DNA of 64,000 nucleotides from Octopus vulgaris (Eukaryota): positions 3,038,001-3,102,000 of the forward strand of contig OX597825.1 of NCBI GenBank assembly GCA_951406725.2, read 5' to 3'. Shown here piece after piece: positions 39,494-54,769 of this stretch. Each line of letters starts with the position of its first letter. Within the stretch, counting starts at the first letter, position 1. The translations under genes were made by a program, and so were the position numbers. Below the pieces are notes generated by a model that saw nothing but the letters and a program-made list of their open reading frames with translations, made no database searches and was not told the DNA's origin.

Positions 39494-39608
39494 CATTATA
39501 AAATAATAAACTATCTATTAAATATCGTATACTCACTTATGTTTCTTTTGACAGAAAAAAAGTTTTCTAATACAATAACATATATACATATACTTTTTTT
39601 TTACATAC

Positions 39609-39640
<32 letters not shown>

Positions 39641-40703
39641 TGATTAAATAAAAAATGTTATAATATATATATGTTAAAATCAAATGAAATTATAATTCCA
39701 AACAATTAAAAAATTCTATGAAAGAATCGTCTCAAATATTCATTGAATTTGACAACAAATTTGTCCATTCCGCATTCTTTTCCGCTAAAGACTGAATAAT
39801 TTCTCTAGTGTATATTGTTTCATCTTCTGCCAAAAACGCGTACCATTCTTTGTAGTTGCAATCAGAGTTTAAAATCATGTTCTTCTTCATATTATTTCTA
39901 TTACTTTGAGCATTAAATTTATTATTGAATATTATAAACGAAGTAATGTAAGAAGATATGCGACGCTATATGTTTATATAAATTGATTACATCTACGTTC
40001 CAATTTAGAGTAACATGCATAATGAAATAGTAACCAATTTCGTACGAACCACAAACGAACGTTCACTTGCACGCTCATAAAATAATATATATGTATATGC
40101 ACAGAATGTTGAGTAGGAATAGTGAATCTAAGAGTTTGTAGACAATTACAGCACATTATCTAACTTGATATGAACTCTTAAAATGATACTTAAACTCATT
40201 CATATTTCACTTAAAATAACTGGGAAGTTATGCCGACATGAATAAGATAATGAGTAACAATAATACTCTATACGGCGCTATAGTAATCCTTGTTGACTTA
40301 AGAAGGCTCCTAGCTGTAATCGTCTATATAAAATCCGTCACATTATAAACTCAAAAAGCTTGTTCGATTGGTTTCAAATATAAAAAGTAAAACATCTATC
40401 TACGCCTTTCAAATTAAGTACGCATTTAAAAGCCGGACATTGAAATGAGAGCAGTTCAGGATGTTCAATGACGGTAATTATTTCCATTGCATATGCACAC
40501 ATGTATACTAAAGTCAAATATGCTGATGTCTGTACGTGTTCGTTTATGTACATATATCTGCGTAAGTAGAGGTTACCGAAACAGATGTGCATTGAAGTAA
40601 AGCATTTACAGAAAACATCTCGTGGCGAGAGGCGACTCGGATAACTTCACCAAATATGGTGAGTCGATTTTAGTAGAACTTTGTTACATACAGTGGCTGA
40701 GGG

Positions 40704-40926
40704 CGTAATTTCACAACTGTACCGCATACATACATCAATGCATGCACACATATACACGTGCATATACACATACATACATAAATCATACATATATATATAT
40801 ATATACATACATACGTAATTTCATAACTGTACCGCATACATACATCAATGCATGCACACATATACACGTGCATATACACATACATACATAAATCATACAT
40901 ATATATATATATATACATACATACGT
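40704..40926. repeat. 110-bp direct tandem duplication
   Basis: Units start at 40704 and 40814; only one substitution seen (CACAACT/CATAACT). Confidence 0.95.
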
Positions 40927-41064
40927 CAGGCCCTGGGACATTTTCGTTTCAGGGGTTGTGAAAACCAAACTTGTTTCTTTTTCTAAAAGCCCAAGCACGT
41001 TTGATGACCTGACTGGTGGCCTGCCAATAATATAGTGCAAGGTCTGCTAATGTGTTGAGAGCTA
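40923..41064 (+). repeat. Inverted copy of 41272-41425
   Basis: Near-perfect reverse complement, lacking the 11-nt TTTCCTGGAAT present in the right copy. Confidence 0.95.
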
Positions 41065-41106
41065 TATATATATACATACATACATACATACACATATGTA
41101 TGTGTG

Positions 41107-42135
41107 TAAAGCTGTGGGTAAGAATAGGTATACAGTTGATTAATATAATGGGAAAATTCTTGTATTTGAATATTTCTGTTCTAGGAGAAGAATTCTATTG
41201 TTCCCTGCAGGTCATTTCTGTCACTGAATTGCTCAAACTGTTGACCTTTGATCTCTATGCATTATTTAAATTAGCTCTCAACACATTAGCAGACCTTGCA
41301 CTATATTATTGGCAGGCCACTTTCCTGGAATCAGTCAGGTCATCAAACGTGCTTGGGCTTTTAGAAAAAAAAAACAAGTTTGGTTTTCACAACCCCTGAA
41401 ACGAAAATGTCCCAGGGCCTGACGTTTCATAATCCTGGTGGTCAATCGACTGGAAATTGTCGGCAAATGTTTTGATATGAAAACCGCTTGTCCAGGTACT
41501 CATAAACTCGAGTAGAGCAGTTAGAGGATGATCTTGCGTTTGAAATATAAAGTCACCACTGTCTTTGTGCTGCTCGATTTAGAAATGACTGGTTCCTTCT
41601 GTATGTTAAGAATAACAAATGTCTTGCTAAACGTTATTTTCAAGGAACACGCCTTATGACTGGTTTAATCAGACCACACAATTTTTGAAACGAACCCACT
41701 ATCTCCTCTTTCTTCCATGAAGACACACTCCTAGAATTTTAAGCGATAGGGACGCTCATTTTCTAATAAGCCAAGCAGTAATCTAGGCCGATAGATTTTT
41801 AAACCTTAGGTATTCATGAGTCGACTCCAGTATTTGTATGAGATACCTACTTCATTGGAAGTCATCTACTTTGATACCTGGAGATATGAAATGGATGCTG
41901 GAGACAAACATTTTATTTCCTCAGTAGTAACACTAATAGAGCGATCACTTTTCTGTGAATTGCAGATGTACATATTCAGCTTAAATTTGGCACCTATTCT
42001 GTAAACTTGTTATCTTCACAGAGCTGCTATTTGAAATTATTTGCTTCATTTCTGCCTTAATATTTCTGCATTATCTGTTTCACGTAAAGCTTGAAGCAAT
42101 AATTTTGGCTTTGATTTTGGCACTTAAAATTTCGG
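41107..42135 (-). mobile_element. Decayed Tc1/mariner-superfamily transposon (Tc3-like/DD41D type)
   Basis: Minus-strand translation KIYRPRLLLGLLENERPYRLKF*ECVFMEERGDSGFVSKIVWSD, later PWDIFVSGVVKTKL, KPSTFDDLTDS and CIEIKGQQFEQF. TIR-like end near 41107-41140. Confidence 0.8.
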
Positions 42136-42953
42136 TTAATGAACGAAGGTATTGATAAAGAATTATCTAAAATTCTAAATGCTTCCTATTTCTCAATACA
42201 ATATGTGTGTGTTTGTGTATATATATATATAACCTAGGCATATATACATACATACCAGTTCATGAATTTATATTCCATTTAGATATATGCGTGTACTTGT
42301 GTGTGTGTGGTGGGTATCTTTAAATCGGTGTGTGTTTGTATTCAAGCATACATGCATCTGTATACACTGACAAAAATACATACGATAAAATGCACATTAG
42401 TTTTATACGATTATGTCTACTACTTAGCGCCTGTGCTTAAGACTTTCCCGCTCACACACGCAACATCTATTTAAATATTTTACTTCAGCTGTTCATTTCG
42501 GAAAGAGTAAGAAATAAACGATCATCTATAATATTATTTTGTCTGGTATATCGAACTTTCGTGCGACAGTAAATTCAGGATAGATATATATAAGTATCTA
42601 TGATATTTTTTTATGACTTAATATCTGTATTTCACACAGCTGTAAGCAAGGGAGCACTCTATGACACTAGACATGATGAATCCAATTTGGTGCGAATGTT
42701 CTGTAAGAAAAATATATCTCGTGTAATTCCTGGACTTATTTGCTGCAAGCTGCCTTTCTAAGCTGAAAATAAAATTACTTTTTTCGAGGAGACATGCAGA
42801 GAATTTAAATTGATCATATATTAATCGGTTAGTGGAATGTTTATTTTTAAGTGAATTGCAAAGACAGTTATATAATCATGATATTCGTGTTATATTTGCA
42901 GACGTTATATAAATGTGCGTGTGTGCATGTATGAATGCATATATACACATATC

Positions 42954-43026
<73 letters not shown>

Positions 43027-44203
43027 TATCTATCTATCTATCTATCTATATATATATATATATATATATACATATATTTAAATACATGTGCATGTGCACC
43101 CATCCTTGTACGTGTGTGTGTGTGCATATGTGTGTTTGCATGTACGTGTGTGTTTGTTTGTCTACACACTTACGATCAGAAACAAAATAAAAGTTTTTTT
43201 TTAAATATGACAACTGATTGCAGCAGAATACAACTAACATGTGTTAGCGTCTTTGTTGTATCCCCACTTTTGTGCCAGTTTCCGGAGTTTCCATTTCGTC
43301 GGCCTTAAAAAATGTGACGAATATACTGACCATTTTTTTTCAATTTCGTCACTGTTTGCACCTGTCATGAAACAGGAAGCGCATTCCTTTCCTAAATTTC
43401 AAACGCTTTCAGTAAAGCAGAGCATATTATTACCCACTTGACATAGATTGTCCGGTACCCAAAGTCCGACACCATTTTCTATAGTACATTACGACTACAG
43501 GGATTTTTCAAAGCAACCGTATCAATTGAAACGAGTTTGTAAGAGAGGACAAATCGTCGTTCTCACTTGTAAATTCCTCTCACATATATATTTGAGGTCT
43601 CCCACTGGGTGGTTTGTATTTAATGCTAGCTCGTATGTGTTGACAAGTTCGTCATTTAACTCACGAGAATAAACTTCTTAGTGGTATAAAAACCCGAAGC
43701 CTTTCTCAGACTAGCGAATAATTACTTGATGGGATGTTGCTGCAGCATCCAAATTATTATTTTACTGCAGTAATCAAGCAAACAGAAGGCGGTTAATTAA
43801 ACAATTTGATTTCCGAGCTAAATGTTGAGCAGAAAAATATTCAATGCAATCTTGAAAATGATTGCATTTTGGTCTTAACATTTCCTGATTTTTTTGTGTG
43901 TTTCTTTCTAAGTTTCTTACGAATCTAAAAAAAATAACAACTTCCTCTTTTTTTACAGAACACCTTAGTTTGAAAATGTAATCAAAGGCATTTACACACA
44001 CTGGAAATAAACTTCTACAAAGTTCGATAACGTTCGGATTAAGAACTTATCATAATTTTTTAAAATTATTTCAGAAAAAAAATATCATTTCATAGTTAGT
44101 AAAAAGTATCATATAATTTTCACAAAAACTATTAAATATACATATATATGTATACATATATATATATATATATGTATATATATGTGTGTGTATATATATA
44201 TAC

Positions 44204-44254
<51 letters not shown>

Positions 44255-45029
44255 AAATACAACGATATACCTGTATACATATATCCATACATCGGTTTTA
44301 AATTGTGGTACAATGACATGAACTTCGGAGAGGAGTGAAATCTTTTTAAAACGTCGCTACTGTTACTGAACTGGTGCTTATTTCATCCAATCCGAAAGTA
44401 GAAAGGGATGAGATGGTTCTTCCATCTAATGATTCTTCCAGGTAGCCACCCTATATATGTACATATCAATTTTTCTTTTTTATGCTACAATAATATATTT
44501 ATATTAAATTGAATCTTTATCTCACACATTTGGTCGTCTACAAACTATATTTTAACAAACAATATTATTGAAAATGTCTCCTAGGTTCCAGTCACCGAAG
44601 CCTTAGTGAGATCTATGTTTGTTTATTTTTATAATGTTGTTTGTAGAAATCTTCTTAGAAGGTCGTTTCGTACGTTGGCTGCATAGACTCAACAGAGACT
44701 AACAATCAACTCCGGCATCACCAACATACTCAGCCCTAAGACGCAAACATTGAATGACGCTAACAACAAACTTCTTATAATATTTAGTTATTTTCTCTGA
44801 TAAATATAAAACTTCACAATTCTCTGTTAGTTCAAACAATTAACTAATATTAATTACTTTTCTAATCATCAAGTTCGTTTTTTCTTCTCCTTTATCTGTT
44901 GCAGTGCTTGGAGGGATATACAAATGTTTGTTTTAATTTTTGTTTTATAATTTTCTTTCGTCTCGAGTTAACACTAACACTGAAATACTTGTATATCGTA
45001 CCATGCACACACCGACATATACACACACA

Positions 45030-45069
<40 letters not shown>

Positions 45070-45135
45070 CATTCAAAATACATATAGAACGCATGTGTTT
45101 GTTGTACTTGCTCTCTCTCTCTCTCTCTCTCTCTA

Positions 45136-45196
<61 letters not shown>

Positions 45197-45230
45197 GATA
45201 TATATGTATGTATGTATATGTATATGCTGG

Positions 45231-45265
<35 letters not shown>

Positions 45266-46974
45266 ATGTGTGTGTGTATGTATATTTATATATGTATATA
45301 TGTGTGTGTGTATGTATGTATGTGTGGAGTAGTGTGAGGAAATGAGACAGATAGATACACATGCAAAGAGAAATGCTTGGTTGGTGTTTGTTTACCCGAT
45401 TTTTTATGTCCAAATAATTTTTGGAAAGCCTCCGTCTTTGGCATGAAAATTTGTATATTTCGTCCATTACAACTGTCCGTCGGATGGCCGAATTAATATG
45501 TTACCCGTTCAAATGTTGAAGAAGCACTGTAGATCATCCCATTTTGTAATAGCCGTCATCGTATTTTTGAGACGTATTACGCTACCGAGGTATGTACACA
45601 CATACACACAAACACGCATTCACACACACACACTCTTATATGTATTGGTAACTTCGCATATTTATACGCATATATATATAATATAATATGATATACATAC
45701 AGGAACACAGAATCACACTTACATACATACATACCTACATACATAGATAGAAAAACTTCCATAGGCACGAACTTATGTCTGCTGTACATTCTTTCGTCCC
45801 TAATGTATACATTCTTATAAATAACATTTGGAAAAGTTTTGTATTTTTTGTACATTGTATTTACAATTGAAGAAAATTATATTATTTCTTACAAACATCA
45901 TTCCATACACAACTTTTGACTGCGTATTCATGCTGCAGCGTGCAGGCATTGCGCATTTATAGACATAAATATGTAGGATGATACCAAACTTGGTTTAAGC
46001 TAAATGCAGTATATCTTGTCTCGGCCTCTTAGAACTAACTATGAACAATCCAAGAGGAATGGGCCCCGAAGCTGTACACGTTTTTCCTCCATTACCAACA
46101 TAGATAGAAGTACAAAACACAATATTATGTGTATTGAAGAATATGTTAATAATTAGAATAATGTTTAACAGAATATTTTGTAAGTTCAGTTACCTTTCGA
46201 TTCACTATTCATCTTCGTTTCCACCACCTTTCAGCAAAAATCTTAGTGATTATTATTTTTCAGAATATAATTTGGTTGGTTACTACATGCGCAGTAAATT
46301 CTTATAAATAAACAACTTAAACATTTTCCTACCTTCAGGTTACTAAATATCATGACCAGGAGCATTTTATTCATGCTGGTTTTTGTATGTAACTATATGT
46401 GTAAATAAACATATTTATTGTAATGCGTATAAACACATTCAAACACAAATACTGAAATATGCATATATATTCGTGTGTATATAGGAATAATGTATGAATG
46501 TATGCAAACATACGTATATGTATGTGTGTGTGTGTATTTCTATGTAAGCACACATGTACGTATTGTATGCATTTATTCTCCAGTTTCCTGTCATATATTA
46601 ATATGGGAACTAACTTCGTTATATTTAATATATAAACATAAATTCTAAATAGAAATTTAAAAAAACACATTCGTTTTTAATTGATTCATATTCTTTCATA
46701 TTTTTTTCATAATTTTAATTCCAATAATTTTATTATACAGTTATACATATATTTATGTTTTCTTTGCATTGTTACCTATAAAATATAATTACCCATTAAG
46801 TCATTACAATTTCATAATGGCGTTAATGAAATCTATTTAATTTTTCCCACATTACACACACGTATATAACCACAGTCAAATACGCGCGCACACACACGCG
46901 CACATAATTATGCATGTGCACATACACACACGCACACACATACATATACATGCATGGACATATATAGCTATGCG

Positions 46975-47007
<33 letters not shown>

Positions 47008-47036
47008 GGGTATATATATATATATGTATATATATG

Positions 47037-47099
<63 letters not shown>

Positions 47100-49199
47100 T
47101 TCTTTGTGCATCTGTGTATATATGTTTGTGATATTAATAAGTGCGATTAGCAACACACATATCAATCTAAGTACTTAGACACACATACACACACACACAC
47201 GCACACGAGTACTCACACTCATAGGAACACGCAGGCAGACAATCTCACACAGACACACACACACACACACTCACGCACACACACATATAACCAACTGCAT
47301 ATTTGTTCGCAGTTTATACACAAACACTGCCACACACTTACAGCATCTGCAGCAACGCGCACTCAATAAAATCCAGTGTTTCAATTGAAAAGAAAGTCGC
47401 ATATTGATGATGATCTTCATGAATTTCAATAAAAGATATTACAGCAAAACTGAAGTCTTTACATTATTCACCTTTGTCAGGCTTGTTTACATAGCTGCAG
47501 GTATAAACAAGCTCGTTACTTGATTATTTTTATTTTCTATATTTAATGTAATTATGTATTTAATGTGTGCACTCTTTCTCAAATTCCCCCTCTCTCCCCT
47601 GATTATCGTTCTGTATTTCTCCACACTTCTCGTCTTGGTCTCTTTTTATTTCCCTGCCTCGATATATCTTAAGCTTTGTATTTGTACAGGTTTGTTTTCT
47701 GTCTTTTTTTCATTCTGTACTTATCTTTATATTCCTATTTTCCTCTTTATATTCATCAAAATCTATCTTTACTTTCGTTTGTGTATAGATTCTCTCTAAA
47801 GTTCTCCCACAATCTCTTTCTGCTTATCTTCTCTCGCTCTCTCTGTCTGTCTGTCTCTCTTTCTCTCTCTCTCTTGAAATTTAGTTGTCAACTACACTGG
47901 ATTCTTCGCTTATTATTTCTTAATCATTTAGGCAATTTTCATAATTTTAAGCTGGTAGTATGCACGTGTGTGATTGCGTAAGTGCAGATATCTGTATGTG
48001 TATACATGGATGGTAGTACATATATGGTAGTCTTATTCTCAGTATACACGTTTGTGTATATGATGAACTATAAAACGTATATGGTTGTGTACGTGAAGTA
48101 CTGTTTTACATTCTTAAGGTAAGTCTTGTATATGTGTCGTGTTTCGAGATACGGTCACATAAAGTATCTGCTAGAACGATTCTGACGTATCTTTACACCC
48201 CCACCATACCTTCAGTACTGAAATAACACTGGTCTGAGACAAACATCAAATTTCAATAATTAATGTTGGGTTTTTTTACAACATAATTTATACAATGAAA
48301 AGAAAAATATATAAATTTTAATTATCTTCAGCTAATATCTTGTTTTGTGCTTTACCTAATTAACATCATTATTTTATTTTAACTACTGCACAGATTGAAA
48401 CCGACAAAGGGGATGGTGATAGTTTGTTTATCATCCCAAACTAGGAGACAGAAGAAGGTTCTACTTTCGTTACAATCTGTCACACTAAAAGAAGGGTTTC
48501 ATTTTCAATAGAAAAATCAGTCTAAACATACATATTGACTGAGCTGTAAATGCAAGATTTTGCAATATATTGATAATATTTCTTCTCTGTCATCACTGGA
48601 ACGAGTGATTGTGCCAGAGCAAAAGTAGCCATAAACAACGATGTCAACAAAAAGAACAACCAGTTCTAGCTAACGTTACCATAAGCTATTTACTCATCCC
48701 ACGAGTAAACGTTGAAGATAATATGGTTCCAGAGAGTATATAGCCCCATCTGCGTCAATCGAATAACCCTTTATATATATATATATAAAGAGAGGGACAT
48801 AGGGAGGGGGAGAGAGGGGTGCAATTATGCGGTTAAGCAAAAATAGATATATCAAGTGTAATGTAATAGTTTTGGCATGAAACACAAAACATGTATATAT
48901 GTATACATGAGAAAGGAGTTTAATATTCATCGTCTGAAAGTCTCCGTCTTCTGCCCTCTCTCATTTTTTAAGTATACATATATACATACATTTGTCTCGT
49001 GCCCAAACTATTATATTGCATTTAATATATCTAATTCGTGTATCCGCATAATTGCCTCTATATTCATCCTTCTTGTAGCTATACTTTCCCCTGTGGAATC
49101 AATCCTCTGTAAAGTCTGAATCCTCTTGAGCCCTACTAAGTGTCTTCTATACTGAGAATTTCGGGAAAAATAGAAGTTAAAAATGCACTGGGAATAGAT

Positions 49200-49740
49200 G
49201 CATACTTTTTTATTAATATATTTGGAGCTTTAACGGATTTCATAGTTGACATTGATATCAAGAAGCTCAAATAGAAAGATTCGGCTTATGTCGCAGCAGG
49301 TGTCTTGCTTTCTGACTAGAGTTTGAAGCTTGCCCTATTTTCATAGGGAGTTCATGGCTCAAATTAGTATATGTTTTGAATAGGATTTTATTGGTAGAGG
49401 ATAGTCACATGATTGGTCTTAGAAATGTTTATAGGTTCCCCGCTTCGTCCGTGTGTTAGTATCAAGGGACAATATTTGGCATCGTAACTTATGATTGACA
49501 CGTTTGGCTGAACTTGTCTAAACAATCAATGCTCTGAATGTTTTCTGTCAACTGCTTGTAGAGAATGAATACATGAATATATGGGAGAGGACAACCGAGA
49601 AAAACGTTGGACGATGTGGCATAAAATTATTTAAAGAATGAGCTTCAGAGAGAAACATTTTCCTAATTATTGTAAATGAGAAGAGCCGTTCATTTCAATA
49701 CAATTGTGGCTATAAACGCATATCATTTATGTCCATGAAC
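49200..49740 (+). mobile_element. Possible RTE-clade LINE 3' relic
   Basis: GRGQPRKTLDD (~49584) resembles the RTE C-terminal RGRPRKTW motif; upstream SIKxxIxxR-like text. Confidence 0.35.
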
Positions 49741-51381
49741 CCACGTGTTTGAAAGTCTTTATCTGACAACATCGCCTCTTTTCTACGTAGCTGCCTTCCA
49801 TCTTCCCATGTTTTTACCTCATTATTTCCTGTGCTCAATTACAATCATCCTACATAAATTTAACTTAACGAAGCTGCTTTTTCACCTTAAACACTTATTC
49901 TTATTAGTGATAATTCTTCAAAATTTCATTAATTGGAATTTTATATAAACGTAAAACAGTGTGGATTTACTAGTATCTTAAGTTGTTATTTTTGTATAGT
50001 ATATCGAGTAGTTTCAATCTAATCAACACTTATTATTATGACATTATGGTATCTTTATGTTTGCATGTCTCACTTATCTTACAAGCATCATTTGCTAATC
50101 AAAACATTGACGAATTTCTCTCGAATCGTAACCGACTGCAGATTTTAACTCGTATGTACCTACAACCTCACCCACTGTACAAGACTTAACTGTAATATGA
50201 TAATACCTTCGCATTTCAATATATTAAGGGATTTCCTGTTGGGTGAAGTCCCATTTTGTCCTGAATTATTTATGAATTTTTGAATCTAATACAAATTCAT
50301 ATATTCGGTGTGAGATTAAGGCAAAATTTGGGGCGACTGTAACTAATTTGTATTGAAATGTTGGCAAGAATGACAAAAATAATACTTCTTTTTCTAAGAA
50401 ACACAACCATCACTTGCTAAAATATTGAAATTGATGATAATACACTTATTGTTTATCAATCGTTGCTCGCAGCACAGAGAGTCATACTGTATGTTTTTTG
50501 AGTGAGTGGGTGTTCGTCTTCAGTCTCAGGTCAGATCTGATGGATCAGTTTTTTAATGAAAAATATATGTAATTCACATATTTTTCTAGAATAGTATGGA
50601 CAGATGTACAATATATAATGCGTACTTTCATTTCAGAATCATGTGAAGTGCAATGATGGAGTAGGCAATTCTTGATAAATATTGGCAGTCTATATATCAC
50701 CGTTGTATTCATTATTATTTTAAGAAACCTTTTGACATATAATTGTGTCTTGAAAGCTTGTACTTAACGTAATTTCGACGCTTAACTTTCTTTCTCCAAC
50801 ACACACTACATCCTCGAGCGCTTGAGGAAATGTGCATCTCCAGAAATATTACAGGACTAACTGAGTGGATATAAAAATTATGTTCTTTACGAAGGATGAT
50901 ATCCATGTGTGTAAACAAACGCAGTTTATTTCTCGAATTACCACACTTGCTTATAGCTTTGAAATCTAAAGAACGACGGTGTCATTACCTCAAAACTTAT
51001 GCAAAAGCTATCCAACAGCTCCTATCTCCAGATGAAACACGTAAAAAATTATATCTCAGATTAGCTGACAGAAAATAAATGATATTCGTTTTATTTTTCT
51101 TCATTTAGTAAACACATAATCTGTCAAACATTTCACCGACGTATTCATTAGCATCTCAATATATCTGAGTGTAATTACAGTCATCTATCAAAATATTAAT
51201 TTCAGTAATTAGAACTGTCTGACTGTATCAGTTTACAGTATTTATAATTACACATGACCACTCAACACCCATATTTTGTACTGCCCCAGATTTTAGCTTA
51301 TCAATCACGATTAATTTACATAATTAAAAAATATTAGTATTTGTTGAATCTAGGCTTCACCCGATAACTTATTTCATGTTT

Positions 51382-51716
<335 letters not shown>

Positions 51717-51760
51717 ACATATACACTTAATGATATACCATTGCTTTGATTACATGCATA

Positions 51761-52640
51761 TACGAGGTTTGATCAATAAGTATCTGGACGGTTGCTATTG
51801 CAAGGAATCTAAAAAGCCGCTAATGCCAGAGAGATTTTCATCTCTGCCGTGCAACCGCACTATGTTGGAACTTCTAGCTCATCTCTGCTTTTTACACCCA
51901 TGCTAGGAAGTAACGTGTGTAGCGAATTATCGTTGCATCGATCATGACAGAGAAACCTGTCCTGCTGATACCTGGCCAACGCACATTTGCAGTAAATGTA
52001 TAGAGATGAGCGTTTGAGCAGCACACGATTGGTTCTGACGTTTCCATTATGGCCGAACAAATGTGGATAGTGACGAACATTCTGAGAGACACGCAACCAG
52101 GAGAACCGAGAAAGACATCGTGGATGTACGTGCAGCAGGGAAGGTGAAATCGTCGAATCTCCATCCGTTAGTGATCCGACTATGTTTATATTCGTCACGG
52201 TACAGTTCAGTCCATTATCTCTGGGGGTTTGTGTATGACACGTGTGTTAGCCAAGTTTATGCCAAAACTGCTTTCAGCTGACCAAAAAGTCACTTTGGAT
52301 TCAGATGCACTAGATCACCTTGATTGTGTCGAGAAAGATGACAACTTTTTTCGAAAACTTTGCGTAGGCTTCAAAGCAAGTATCGCCAAGATTTTGACAA
52401 AATTTGATACTCATTCTCTGCTGAACTTCCTCTGTCATGGTCAATGCGAAGATTACACGAGACAAACTTTACTTTCCTGCACTTCTGTCAGTAGCGAAAG
52501 TGAGACAGATCGTTAAAGTTTAGTGCGCATGCTCAGGATAATTCACTGCCCAGTGTCCACATGTGCCAAACTGCTTCACTCTGCGTGCTTTTGCGTCGTC
52601 AATATGGAAACAGACGGAATACTTATTGCTCAGATATGTA
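51761..52640 (+). mobile_element. Non-autonomous mariner derivative with both TIRs
   Basis: TIR pair TACGAGGTTTGATCAATAAGTAT and ATACTTATTGCTCAGATATGTA. Transposase remnants SDEHSERHATRRTEKDIVDV and LCMTRVLAKFMPKLLSADQK (WVPHxL-equivalent); no DDD core. Confidence 0.82.
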
Positions 52641-52971
52641 TGAGTGTGTATTTGTATGTAAGTCCATATAAAATAAAGGCTATTTGCCAACGTAAGGTGG
52701 CTGTCCTGAAAAGGACGATGTTACTGTTGTTTTAGCCTAAAGAAACGTCGTTTCTAAATGGCTATATGTCACACCATATGTGTCCTTATATTTTCGAACG
52801 GGTAGCTAAGCAGTTCCCCTCTAGCACCAAACAACATCTATGGATTAGTTTCCTCGGTTATTTCTCTTTATCTACACAGAGTAGCTGATTTGGCCACTAT
52901 CTGGGTTCTTACATTTTGTTTGGCGCCAGGTGGAAGTTGCCGCGCTTCCCGTTCCAAAATATCGGGACACA

Positions 52972-53009
<38 letters not shown>

Positions 53010-53059
53010 GTTGCACACACACACACACATACAGACACACACAGATACACATACACAGT

Positions 53060-53400
53060 GCATTGAGGACAGTGCATAGGATCCGGAAAAGGTTGGATGT
53101 GTCTAATTGTGATTAGAAAGATACAGCAACTCGGAAACTAACTCTGAAAGTTCTGATACGAAAAGAACTCCTGAATTTGATGATCAGATCCAGATACCCC
53201 ATCACCAGGGACATGGGAGTATCTGAGTATTCTTTTCAGGCAGGTAGTGCATGGAGACATTCGGTGATTCCTCATATAAGATGAACAAGGGACATTTTTT
53301 CTTATCCCAAGCCATCAAGGACAAGAGTAAAGACAGGCGCTACGAAGCTTTTGAACTAACACATCCAGCAGGCCAAACGGCCACATAGATGCTTTTCTCC
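53060..53400 (+). mobile_element. maT/DD37D (Bmmar1-like) transposase N-terminal fragment
   Basis: LRTVHRIRKRLDVSNCD..KRTPEF..ITRDMGVSE..RQVVHGDIR..YKMNKG..LSQAIKDKSKDR..KLLN. Confidence 0.75.
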
Positions 53401-53720
53401 ATTTGCTTCAACGCAAATAGTTGTCAGGTTCAATACGTAGTTTCAATTTGACTTTAAGCAACAGAACAAAAACTTTCATCACATATTCCGACAAAACATA
53501 ATTCTCTACATGTCAAAGATTAATATTTATAATGTTATTGATATCATAGAAAATGTAAAATTCTCATCTCGTTTATGTTGTTTCGATAATATAACACGTG
53601 ATATTATTATTTAAAATAAAATTCACACAAATTCCTATCATACTTCTTTTTGCTTACTAATTTTAATGCGAAGAATTGCAAATTAAATGTCATTCACCGC
53701 AGCTGAACCAGACAATTTTG

Positions 53721-53779
<59 letters not shown>

Positions 53780-53850
53780 CGCTGTTGCTGCTGCTGTTAC
53801 TACTATTGCTGTTGCTGCTGCTAATACTCCCACTGCTTATGCTGCTAATC
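53721..53850. repeat. (ACT)n/(GCT)n microsatellite
   Basis: Directly visible. Confidence 0.95.
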
Positions 53851-54726
53851 ATACTATATTTTTATATTCAATAAATATTCCTCCTTAAATTTTGATGCAA
53901 GTTATTAAAAAACAACCGACAGACGATGCGGAATAATATTCCTCAGTGATCTAGAATTTGCAACGAGGTATTTAATTACAGACTCCTAACTGAGTAGATG
54001 CTAGAATGAAATATACGACAAACATCACCTGCAGTAGTGACATGGAACAGTTATTAGGAGTCACTATTAAATCTTTTTAAGTAAAATACACAAATGAGAT
54101 TTAATTTGCCTCTAATAATATTCGCCAGAAATCGGCATAATGTATACAATGTTATGTGTAAGTATATAACTGTAGCTTTGTGACACATTTCGATTGGTTG
54201 CAACACAATTCAATTATGATCGTATATTATTGACTGTTTTTCAGTATTGCTGAAGTTCTATGGCTTCAGTTCTCTTCATAACTGAGGTAAGAACAGCCCA
54301 TCTTCCTTGGGTGTAACTTTGTATAGATGGTTGGTCCAGTAATTATTTGAGTTTCTCAATTAGATTCATGAGTGCTTGAAGAGACATGCATTGTTTGTTT
54401 TTTTGTTTTTTTTTGCAAGTATGTACGTGCAAGATAGATGTTAGCTCAGGGGACTATATTGTACTATCACAAAATTCCCTGACTCACTCTTTCTTTGTTC
54501 TTTCTCTCTCTCTCTCTCTCTCTCTCTCGCTCTCTGCCTTTAACTTTCTGTCTTCTTTTCCTTTTTGTCTCTTTCACAAAGGTAGAATACTATACTGGTT
54601 ATGAAAGCCAAAAAAACCTCCAGAAAAGGTAATTCAGTTTCATGTGACTGTTCGCCAAAGTCGGATGGTTATATTAAACCCTGAGTAAAAGCTTTTGGAG
54701 ATTGTTTCGGGTTTAATGAATAACTT

Positions 54727-54769
<43 letters not shown>

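Noticed and set aside
39049-39501. 150-aa plus-strand ORF
   Set aside because: Antisense shadow of the R4/Dong endonuclease frame plus an (ATT)n repeat.
40923-41425. MITE or hAT element with 140-bp TIRs
   Set aside because: The right arm is an internal part of a longer transposase relic and there is no 8-bp TSD; better explained as an inverted duplication.
47405-47512. Box C/D-like motifs and a 9-bp inverted repeat with forkhead-like sites
   Set aside because: Too short and without a terminal stem for a snoRNA; the motifs are not distinguishable from chance.
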